A stretch of DNA of 64,000 nt from a virus. Taxonomy: Duplodnaviria; Caudoviricetes. The stretch is from the IMG/VR virus record IMGVR_UViG_3300020047_001679, positions 500 through 64,499 of that record. One strand, written 5' to 3'. The translations under genes were made by a program, and so were the position numbers. This document shows positions 55,875 to 64,000 of the stretch, piece after piece; positions within the stretch are counted from its first letter, which is position 1, and the number at the start of each line of letters is the position of its first letter. The notes below the pieces were generated by a model that had not been told where the DNA came from, made no database searches, and saw nothing but the letters and a program-made list of their open reading frames with translations.

Positions 55875-57290
55875 ATGGCTGGATCAGTTCAAGCTACCCC
55901 GAGTTATCAATTAGAGCCCTCAGCGGTAAAGGCAACATTGCCTGCAAACTACATTACTAACTTCGATTTCTTAAACCAGTATCTTCCTGATACTTACGAG
56001 TCTGAATTCGAGCGTTATGGTAATCGTTCTATTGCATCTTTCTTACGTATGGTAGGTGCAGAATTACCCTCTAACTCTGACTTAATTAAGTGGGCAGAGC
56101 AAGGTCGTTTACATACTAAATATGTTGATGTTACTACAACTGCTATTGTTGGAGATGACACAGCTGTTTGGACTGTTAACGATGCAAACGTAACTGTTAA
56201 CTTCCGTGTTAACCAAACTGTTTTCTTATCTGCTAACGCTGGTTCTGCTTCTGATAAAGCGGTTATCACTGCTGTAGACACTGCGAACAATACTTTCACT
56301 GTAGCTTACTACTCTGCTGCTGGTCAAACTATTGCTGCTGCTGCTGAATCTACTGCATTCGTTTACGGATCAGAATTCGCTAAAGGTTCTACAGGAATGG
56401 ATGGTTCTTTAGAGTCTCAAGATTTATTCTTCGAGAACAAGCCAATCATCATCAAGGATAACTACACTGTATCTGGTTCTGACATGGCTCAAATCGGATG
56501 GGTTGAAGTAACTTCTGAGAATGGTGCTACTGGTTACTTATGGTACATCAAATCTGAGCACGAGACTCGTTTACGTTTCGAAGATTACTTAGAGATGTCA
56601 ATGGTTGAAGGTGTTCCTGCTGAAGCTGGTTCTGCTGCTGCTACTTACTTGACAGTTGCTTCTTCTCAAGTACAACCTGGTGCTGCTGGTACTCAAGGTT
56701 TATTTGATGCTGTAGCTGAGCGTGGTAACGTATGGGCTGGTGGTAATCCAACTACTTTGTCTGACTTCGATTCAATCATCCAACGTCTTGACAAGCAAGG
56801 AGCAATCCAAGAGAACGTTATCTTCTTAAATCGTAAGTTTGGTTTCGATATCGACGATATGTTAGCATCACAAAACTCTTACGGAGCAGGTGGTACTTCT
56901 TATGGTTTATTCGACAACGATAAGGACATGGCGTTAAACTTAGGTTTCACAGGCTTTAAGCGTGGATACGATTTCTACAAGACTGACTGGAAATACTTAA
57001 ACGATGCTACTACTCGTGGTGGAATCGTAGGTGGTGGAATCAATGGTATCTTGGTACCTGCAGGTTCAACTAACGTATATGACCAAATCTTAGGAAAGAA
57101 TGCTAAGCGTCCGTTCTTACACGTTCGTTACCGTGCTTCTGAGACTGAAGATCGTCGTTACAAGACTTGGATCACTGGTTCTGCTGGTGGTGCTCAAACA
57201 AGTTCTTTAGATGCAATGGAAGTTAACTTCTTATCTGAGCGTGCTTTATGTACACTTGGTGCGAACAACTTCTTCTTGTTCGAGAACTAG
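55875..57290 (+). CDS. Major capsid protein
   Basis: 471 aa, strongly biased codons (GCT, ACT, GGT, TTC), followed by a terminator. Confidence 0.85.
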   Translation: MAGSVQATPSYQLEPSAVKATLPANYITNFDFLNQYLPDTYESEFERYGNRSIASFLRMVGAELPSNSDLIKWAEQGRLHTKYVDVTTTAIVGDDTAVWTVNDANVTVNFRVNQTVFLSANAGSASDKAVITAVDTANNTFTVAYYSAAGQTIAAAAESTAFVYGSEFAKGSTGMDGSLESQDLFFENKPIIIKDNYTVSGSDMAQIGWVEVTSENGATGYLWYIKSEHETRLRFEDYLEMSMVEGVPAEAGSAAATYLTVASSQVQPGAAGTQGLFDAVAERGNVWAGGNPTTLSDFDSIIQRLDKQGAIQENVIFLNRKFGFDIDDMLASQNSYGAGGTSYGLFDNDKDMALNLGFTGFKRGYDFYKTDWKYLNDATTRGGIVGGGINGILVPAGSTNVYDQILGKNAKRPFLHVRYRASETEDRRYKTWITGSAGGAQTSSLDAMEVNFLSERALCTLGANNFFLFEN

Positions 57291-57297
57291 TAAAACT

Positions 57298-57326
57298 AGG
57301 GGGAGGCTTCGGTCTCCCCTTATTTA
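57298..57326 (+). terminator. Intrinsic terminator after the capsid gene
   Basis: GGGGAGGC-TTCG-GTCTCCCC then TTATTT. Confidence 0.8.
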
Positions 57327-57354
57327 ATTTGTTTAAAATTTAAAATCTAATATA

Positions 57355-58098
57355 ATGTCAAATAAAGAATTCAAGGACAGAGTCTATGTCCTAAAAAGAA
57401 AAACGTTCCCTATCTCGTTTATGTTGTCTGCAAGAAGTACTTCTAGTAGACCATTGTTTTACTTCGATGAGAAGACCGGTGTAAACCGTGCTTTACGTTA
57501 TGCAACAAATCAGAAGTCTCCATTTGAGGATGAGCAAGACGGAAACTTTGTTTTAGCTCCAGTTATTTTCGAGGATGGCTTGTTAAGTGTTAATAAGACC
57601 AATCAAGTGTTACAGCAATTCTTGGCTTTACACCCAGATAATGGCGTGTTATTCGAGGAGATGGACACACAGAAAGATGCTGCGGCTCAGTTCGATAGCA
57701 TTAACTTGCAATTGGATGCTCAATTAGCGGCTCGTGATTTAGATATCAATACAGCAGAGGCTGTTGCTCGTGTACTATTAGGCACACGTGTAGACAAGTT
57801 ATCTAGCGAAGAACTTAGACGTGATTTACTTGTTTATGCAAGAACGCATCCGGCTCAGTTCCTTGGTATGTTGAACGACCCTGAACTTAAGTTACAGAAC
57901 ATTGCGGTGAAGTCTATCCAGGACGGTACATTTGTTTTAAAGAACAAGAACCGTGATATCTTCTACAACTTGTCTGATAACAAGAAGAAGCTAATGGGTG
58001 TGCCGTTTGGCGAAGATCCGGTTAAGTTGTTGGCCTCGTGGCTACAAAGTAATGACGGACTTGAGATCTACGAGTTACTCTCAAAGAAGTACCGATAA
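57355..58098 (+). CDS. Conserved hypothetical protein in the structural module
   Basis: LRYATNQKSPFEDEQ..IFEDG.L.V..LQQFL..HP. Confidence 0.7.
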   Translation: MSNKEFKDRVYVLKRKTFPISFMLSARSTSSRPLFYFDEKTGVNRALRYATNQKSPFEDEQDGNFVLAPVIFEDGLLSVNKTNQVLQQFLALHPDNGVLFEEMDTQKDAAAQFDSINLQLDAQLAARDLDINTAEAVARVLLGTRVDKLSSEELRRDLLVYARTHPAQFLGMLNDPELKLQNIAVKSIQDGTFVLKNKNRDIFYNLSDNKKKLMGVPFGEDPVKLLASWLQSNDGLEIYELLSKKYR

Positions 58099-58101
58099 AC
58101 A

Positions 58102-58130
58102 GAAGGGGATACGAAAGTGTCCCTTTTTTG
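58102..58130 (+). terminator. Intrinsic terminator
   Basis: AAGGGGATAC-GAAA-GTGTCCCCTT then T-run. Confidence 0.8.
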
Positions 58131-58171
58131 TTTTATATTGCATGTGAATAAATATTCGTAAATTTGCCAAC

Positions 58172-58864
58172 ATGATTAATTCGGTATACAACACTGTTCT
58201 CAATATTGTAGCTAAGGAGCGAAACGGCTTCATTACGCCTGAGGAATTCAACAGCTTTGCTAAACAAAGTCAGCTTGAATTATTCCAACAGTACTTTTAC
58301 GACTTCCAGAAAGCTAAGATTTCAGACCTTAAGGGTATGGAGACTAGCGGATATTCTGATATTACAAAGCAGCTGGATCAAACAATCGACGCATTCTCCA
58401 AGAATACCGACTTGGTATACAACGGAGTGGACTTAAAGTTTGACTTACCCGAAAACTTTTTCTTATTAAACGTACTCTATTATAATGGTAAAGAAGTTAC
58501 TCATGTGGACCAAGGTAAATTACATTATTTGCTTAATTCCAATCTGACAGCACCCACAGAAACGTATCCTACGTATGTTATGCAAGGGAACAAAATAGCT
58601 GTGTATCCTACTACCATTACAGATAACATTAATATCTATTACGTTCGTTACCCAGCTGATCCGAAGTGGACTTATACGGTGGTGAACGGAAGTCCTTTGT
58701 TCAATCAATCGGCAAATGACTACCAAGATTTTGAGTTGGCTATATCCGACTTCCCTAAGTTAGTCGTTAAAATTTGTGAATATGCTGGCGTTAGTATTAG
58801 AGAGATGGATGTGGTTACAGCCGCTAGAGCAGAAGAGGCTTACACTGATCAAAAACAACAATAA
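58172..58864 (+). CDS. Head-tail adaptor / ring protein
   Basis: KE..GFITPEEFN.FA..Q..YVRYP.DPKW; position in the structural module. Confidence 0.6.
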   Translation: MINSVYNTVLNIVAKERNGFITPEEFNSFAKQSQLELFQQYFYDFQKAKISDLKGMETSGYSDITKQLDQTIDAFSKNTDLVYNGVDLKFDLPENFFLLNVLYYNGKEVTHVDQGKLHYLLNSNLTAPTETYPTYVMQGNKIAVYPTTITDNINIYYVRYPADPKWTYTVVNGSPLFNQSANDYQDFELAISDFPKLVVKICEYAGVSIREMDVVTAARAEEAYTDQKQQ

Positions 58865-59760
58865 TGAATCAGGAAAAATATTACACCAATGATGGGGTAA
58901 ACCCTACCGATGCCAACTGGGGCTCGTATCAGAACGTTACGTTAGGTGATGTAGTGAATAACTTCATCCTTATGTATACAGATGATGGCGAGTTGCTTAA
59001 TAACATCAATAGATATAAGGTTTTATTTCACGCAAAAAGGGCGATTCAAGAACTGAACTACGATGGTAATCGCCAGGTCAACACACTACAGTTAGATGTG
59101 GGTGATGATTTGAAGTTTGTGCTTCCTCCTGATTATGTGAACTATGTTAGAATCTCTTTGTTTTGGGGTGGTAATTTGTATCCGATGCATGAGAATACTC
59201 AAGCAAATTCTGCTATTGAGTTTTTACAAGATAATGATTATCAAATCTTATTTGATGACCAAGGTAATGCGTTGCAAGGAACCTCGAAACTAGACCTGTC
59301 GCGTATTGATGGTGAGAACTATATGTTGTGCCCATTCAATAACCAGTGGGGTTGGTACGTAGATGGGCTATGGTACTTCACTCAGGGCTTCGGTGCTGCT
59401 TACGGAATGAACACAGAGGTGGCAAACGTCAACCCCTCATTCAGAATCGATAAGGTATCAGGTGTAATTAACTTTAGTTCAGGTGTTGCAAGACAATCTG
59501 TGTTGGTTGAATACATCTCTGATGGCATGTATCCAGGTGATGACAATTTGATTATTGTTAACAAGTTGGCAGAAGAGTACATTTACTCGTACATCAAATG
59601 GGCGATATTGAACAATAAGGCAAACCAGCCTGAGTACATTATCAATAGAGCTCGCAAAGAGAAGGTTTCCAATTGGAGAAACGCAAAGATTAGATTAAGT
59701 AATTTACACACAGGTCGCTTGTTAATGAACATGAGAGGCCAATCTAAGTGGATTAAGTAA
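58864..59760 (+). CDS. Tail ring / tubular protein
   Basis: FHAKRAIQEL.YD..LP.DYVNYVR..EYISDG. Confidence 0.6.
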   Translation: MNQEKYYTNDGVNPTDANWGSYQNVTLGDVVNNFILMYTDDGELLNNINRYKVLFHAKRAIQELNYDGNRQVNTLQLDVGDDLKFVLPPDYVNYVRISLFWGGNLYPMHENTQANSAIEFLQDNDYQILFDDQGNALQGTSKLDLSRIDGENYMLCPFNNQWGWYVDGLWYFTQGFGAAYGMNTEVANVNPSFRIDKVSGVINFSSGVARQSVLVEYISDGMYPGDDNLIIVNKLAEEYIYSYIKWAILNNKANQPEYIINRARKEKVSNWRNAKIRLSNLHTGRLLMNMRGQSKWIK

Positions 59761-62700
59761 ATGATAGAACTTCAAAGAAATTTCCTTTCGGGGGTCATGA
59801 ATAAAGACCTTGACCCTCACTTTTTACCTGATGGTGTATATCAAGATGCACTAAACATTATTGTGGGTGATTCTGACGGAGCATTCGTGTCTTCTGAAGG
59901 GTCTCACAATGGTGTGGCACAGAACTACTTAGGTAATATTCTGAAGGGAACTGACTACGAGTTAACTAACGCATTAACTATTGGGTCGTTAGCATACGAG
60001 GCGAACAACTGTATTTATTGGTTAGTGGCATCTGATACGTTGGATGCTATCTACGAATACAATGAATTAACAGATACGACTACACCTGTGTTGCAGGCTA
60101 CGAAGGCAACACCCACTACGGATTCATTGCTTGGCTTTGACAAGGCGTTCTTTGTTACAGGCATAAACTATATCAACGGACTACTTTTCTGGACTGACAA
60201 TCTAAATCCTCCACGTAGGATCAACATTGATCGTGCTAAGAATTATGCAGTAGATGGATTCACTGAGGCCGACATTAACGTCATCTTGGCACCTCCATTA
60301 TCTGCACCAACTATTAACTTGTATTCAGAAGGTGAGGCAAATAACTTGGAGAACAAGTTTTTGTATTTCTCTTATCGTTACAAGTATTTAGATAACGAGT
60401 ATAGTGCTTTGGCACCATTCTCTCCTGTGGCATTCTTCCCTAAAGAGTATGCCTACGACTATGGTGTGTCTGAGAACATCTCAATGGTGAACAACTTCAA
60501 TACCGCTGACATTACTTTTAATTCAGGTTCAAAGAACGTAAAGGAGGTTCAGTTGGTGTTTAGAGATACACAGAGCACTAACACATATATTATTGACAGC
60601 TTAGTTAAGAGTTTAAATAACTACGACGACAATACAGAGTACTCGTTCACCTTTAAGAACAATAAGGTGTTTACGGTTCTGCCAATCGAGCAGGTTAATA
60701 GACTATTTGATAACGTGCCTATTAAGGCAAAGTCTCAAGAGCTAATTGGTAGTCGTTTGGTTTATGGCAACTACACTCAATTCTTTGATTTAGTAAAGGA
60801 GAACAAAGAGCCTATTGACCCTAAGTTTAGTTTATCATTACTATCTAACAGTGTAGTTGGTGGCACGCCTACGCCTACATTTAAGAGTAATAGAGACTAC
60901 GAGATTGGTATTGTGTACTTGGATGATTACGGTAGAACAACTACTGTCATTACACCAACGGAGAATACAAACACGATATACATCCCTGCATCTAACGCAA
61001 TTGATGCAAATAATATTCGAGTGACAATTGATGGGACTTATCAGCCGCCAGCATTTGCTACGCATTACCGCTTCATGATTAAGCAAGATAAGCAGGAGTA
61101 CTACAATGTATTCCCATTGACTTATTTTGAAGACGGTCAGTTCAAGTGGTTCTTGATTAATCAAGCAGATCAAGATAAAATCGCTGTTGGTTCTTACATG
61201 TTTTTGAAAGGAGCTACTAATAATACTAATATTCAATATAAGGTATTGGATGTTCAATCTAAGTCAGCAAACTTCTTAAACAGTGCTGATACAAATCAGC
61301 CTGCAGGTGTTTACTTTAAGGTTAAGATTGAAAGCACAGTACTTCCTCCTGTTACTTATTACAAGGATGACAACTTAGGTGGTTTTCCTAGTACAGCAAC
61401 TACGTTAGTTGAAAATAGATTTAACGTAGCAGAGGAGTCGATATTCTACGGTATTGGTATTGATGACATGATTACCGGTGGTAGCAATGTTTACACAGGG
61501 ACAAATGATGCTAGATTCTATGTAGAGATAGACTCTACAGGTGGTGTAGCAGATACATTCAAGTATTACGTTTCTTACGATGGCAATTATAAAACATTAG
61601 TTGCCAGTGGTGTTACTATAAACTCGGCAGCAGATCAAACACTTACATACTCTGGAAGTACTTGTTCAATTAGATTTTTATCTAACACAGGTCACACCAC
61701 TAAAGATTACTGGGTTGTTAACTGTAGAGGTAACTTACAAGATGTTTGTTTAAATATATTCGGTGGCCCGATTGATTATGGTGACGATTTCCCTCCAGGA
61801 GTATTCTTTACATTAGATGGCTGGAGTGAGTCATTAGCTTACAATACCGATCGGCCGATTAAGGCAGGTGCTGTTTTGACGTTTAAGTATAAGGAGACTA
61901 ACGGAACAGACCAATGGATTACTCAGACATTTATCTCGACAAGAGATTATGTCAATATAGAGGAGTGGTTCATCGAAGATTCTGCATATCAAAAATGGGT
62001 AGCTTACGACGATGCTGCACAAAGCATTGGCCCTAAGAATGTTTGCTTTAGAAGAGGTCAATTATTAACAACCGGAAGACCAGGAAGTATAGATCAAGGT
62101 ACATCTATTGGACCTGTGACTTTGTCGTATCCTGTTTACATGTATTTTTATTCAGAGCAAGGTGGGACAAACCCTGCTATTGATACCCAGTTCTCATTAC
62201 AACAATCGGAGTTTTCGATTGTGTTTGAGACCGTTCCAGTAGACACCAACCAAGATATATACTATGAGCTTTCACAAACGTATCCTATTATCGATGGCAA
62301 TCACTATGGAAATATTGACAATCAGGACATTGCATTGGGTGCTCCGGCGATAATAGACTTAAATACGCTTGACTTTAACTCAGACTTTAACGCATTTACC
62401 TTTGGTAATGGCGTTGAGAGTTTCAGAATTAGAGACGATTGGAATTCTGCAACGATGCAGTTTAGCCCACGTGCTAACTCTACTATTGAAGGATATGAGC
62501 AGCAGACATTAGTTCAAGCTCTTACTTATAGCGGCATTTACACTCAGACATCTGCTATCAATAGATTGAATGAGTTTAACCTATCGCTTGGTAACTTTAA
62601 GTATTTAGATAGGTTCTTTGGCTCAATCCAAAAACTGTACTCAAGAGACACAGACTTAGTGGTATTCCAAGAGAATAAAATCTCTAAGGTGCTTTATGGG

Positions 62701-63903
62701 AAGAACTTACTAAGCGACTCTACTGGAGGTGGTGTTGTGGCATCTATCCCTGAGGTATTAGGAACGCAGATTTCTTATCAAGGCGAGTATGGTATTAGCC
62801 TTAACCCAGAGAGCTTTGCAATATGGGGTAATGACTTATTCTTTACTGACGCTAGACGTGGTGCTGTTTTAGCTTTGCAACCTAATGGGTTGTTTGAGAT
62901 TTCATCACAAGGATTAAAGAACTGGTTCAAAGCAAACTTAGACACCAATGTAGTAAAGTTAGGTATGTTTGATCCGTACTTTGAGCACTATGTATTATCT
63001 GTTGACAATGATAGAAAACTAAGAACGTGCTCAATATCAGTTACGCCTACTAGTTTATCGTTTGATGGTACGGTTCAAAAGAAGTCGTTCTACATCGAGT
63101 CAAATACGGATTGGGTTGTAACGGTTCCTTCTAATGACTGGTTAACAGTTAGCGATAACTATGGTTCAGACAATGAGGTGATATATGTTGAAGTACTTGA
63201 GAACCTTGGTGCTCCAAGAAACTTAAACATCACAGTATCCGGTTGCACAGAGAATCTTGTTATAGCTGTAACTCAGGCTACTAAGCCAGTTGTTTATGAT
63301 TGGTACGAGTTATTAAATTGTGATACATTAGCAACAACATACTCAGAGCAATACGCAAAGGATTCGTTTGCTTTAAATGAGCGAGTTACTTCTGATGGAG
63401 CAACGTACACTATTACAGATATATTAAATACAGAGCCAGTTGGCACATTGATTCCAATTGTAACCACAGGAGAAGAGGGTTGCCCTACGCCTACGTTTGA
63501 TTGGTATGCGTTATACAAGTGTTCTGACGGATCTACTGCTAACTCACAGGCGTATGCAATAGGTACTTTTGCTGTAAACGATAGAGTCGAATCTGGCGGT
63601 TCTACTTATACTGTAACTAGTGTGTTATCGTCTAGCCCAGGAGGAACGTTACTTGCAATCACAGATACAGGATTGACAGGATGTCCAACTCTTACAACTT
63701 ATTATGAGTTATCTGAGTGTTCTCCAGGTGTTGGAATTACCTATACAACTATCGCTCCTGATTCTGTAGGAAGAAGATATGTGTTACCATTCCCAACTAC
63801 AACATTCTACACTTACACAGGAGCTACGCTTACACAAAGCACACCTCCTCCAGCGTACAATGGCTCAATACAAATAACAGCCTTTTATGGTTGTCCTGTA
63901 TAA
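59761..63903 (+). CDS. Tail stabilisation / nozzle protein with a BACON-like domain and C-terminal Cys-containing repeats
   Basis: MNKDLD..Y.DALNI, LFWTDN.NPPRRINI, RLVYGNY, FFTDARRG; V.PTSLSF..SNTDW..WLTV; DWY.L..C repeats. Confidence 0.7.
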   Translation: MIELQRNFLSGVMNKDLDPHFLPDGVYQDALNIIVGDSDGAFVSSEGSHNGVAQNYLGNILKGTDYELTNALTIGSLAYEANNCIYWLVASDTLDAIYEYNELTDTTTPVLQATKATPTTDSLLGFDKAFFVTGINYINGLLFWTDNLNPPRRINIDRAKNYAVDGFTEADINVILAPPLSAPTINLYSEGEANNLENKFLYFSYRYKYLDNEYSALAPFSPVAFFPKEYAYDYGVSENISMVNNFNTADITFNSGSKNVKEVQLVFRDTQSTNTYIIDSLVKSLNNYDDNTEYSFTFKNNKVFTVLPIEQVNRLFDNVPIKAKSQELIGSRLVYGNYTQFFDLVKENKEPIDPKFSLSLLSNSVVGGTPTPTFKSNRDYEIGIVYLDDYGRTTTVITPTENTNTIYIPASNAIDANNIRVTIDGTYQPPAFATHYRFMIKQDKQEYYNVFPLTYFEDGQFKWFLINQADQDKIAVGSYMFLKGATNNTNIQYKVLDVQSKSANFLNSADTNQPAGVYFKVKIESTVLPPVTYYKDDNLGGFPSTATTLVENRFNVAEESIFYGIGIDDMITGGSNVYTGTNDARFYVEIDSTGGVADTFKYYVSYDGNYKTLVASGVTINSAADQTLTYSGSTCSIRFLSNTGHTTKDYWVVNCRGNLQDVCLNIFGGPIDYGDDFPPGVFFTLDGWSESLAYNTDRPIKAGAVLTFKYKETNGTDQWITQTFISTRDYVNIEEWFIEDSAYQKWVAYDDAAQSIGPKNVCFRRGQLLTTGRPGSIDQGTSIGPVTLSYPVYMYFYSEQGGTNPAIDTQFSLQQSEFSIVFETVPVDTNQDIYYELSQTYPIIDGNHYGNIDNQDIALGAPAIIDLNTLDFNSDFNAFTFGNGVESFRIRDDWNSATMQFSPRANSTIEGYEQQTLVQALTYSGIYTQTSAINRLNEFNLSLGNFKYLDRFFGSIQKLYSRDTDLVVFQENKISKVLYGKNLLSDSTGGGVVASIPEVLGTQISYQGEYGISLNPESFAIWGNDLFFTDARRGAVLALQPNGLFEISSQGLKNWFKANLDTNVVKLGMFDPYFEHYVLSVDNDRKLRTCSISVTPTSLSFDGTVQKKSFYIESNTDWVVTVPSNDWLTVSDNYGSDNEVIYVEVLENLGAPRNLNITVSGCTENLVIAVTQATKPVVYDWYELLNCDTLATTYSEQYAKDSFALNERVTSDGATYTITDILNTEPVGTLIPIVTTGEEGCPTPTFDWYALYKCSDGSTANSQAYAIGTFAVNDRVESGGSTYTVTSVLSSSPGGTLLAITDTGLTGCPTLTTYYELSECSPGVGITYTTIAPDSVGRRYVLPFPTTTFYTYTGATLTQSTPPPAYNGSIQITAFYGCPV

Positions 63904-63928
63904 TTAAATAAGTAAATTTGCATAAGAA

Positions 63929-64000
63929 ATGGCTAACTATACAATAACATATTCACCAAGATTGTCAGGATGGACATCATACCACTCATACTTACCTGAG
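63929..64000 (+). CDS. N-terminus of a putative structural protein (3'-truncated)
   Basis: MANYTITYSPRLSGWTSYHSYLPE, after a TAAATTTG box at 63913-63920. Confidence 0.6.
   Translation, partial: MANYTITYSPRLSGWTSYHSYLPE

Noticed and set aside
56896-56906. Third copy of the CCATAAGAA motif
   Set aside because: It lies inside the capsid gene, matches only partly and has no flanking stem.
1-64000. Stop-codon reassignment, diversity-generating retroelement, integrase or virion RNA polymerase as in crAss-like phages
   Set aside because: Genes are intact in the standard code, and I saw no reverse transcriptase, recombinase or DxDxD RNAP motifs.

Overview
This window is almost the whole genome of a ~65-kb tailed dsDNA phage with podovirus-like architecture, most likely infecting a Bacteroidota host (TAnnTTTG promoter boxes before many genes, A-rich starts without Shine-Dalgarno motifs, a BACON-like domain). 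It appears circularly permuted, because both window ends look like parts of one structural gene. The minus arm (8.6-34.8 kb) carries early, replication and metabolic genes: nrdA/nrdB, an RNA ligase, MazG-like protein, SNF2-like helicase, primase-helicase, Sak/RecE-like recombination genes, SSB, and a NAMPT-like + PRPP-synthetase-like pair matching the NARP1 NAD+ reconstitution pathway. The plus arm (35.4 kb onward, wrapping to 8.5 kb) carries groEL/groES, lysis, tail fibre, terminase, portal, capsid, tail and internal virion proteins. No DNA polymerase, RNA polymerase, integrase or CRISPR array was recognised. The most unusual signals are non-coding. First, a structured ~150-nt leader with two hairpins sharing the loop CCAUAAGAAC sits in front of the NAD+ operon. 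Second, a promoter-driven cassette at 38.5-39.1 kb has a tRNA-shaped RNA with a GAAA loop in place of the anticodon, an Acb2/Tad1-like sponge gene and a ~175-nt multibranched RNA. All family calls come from motif recognition by eye, with no database search.
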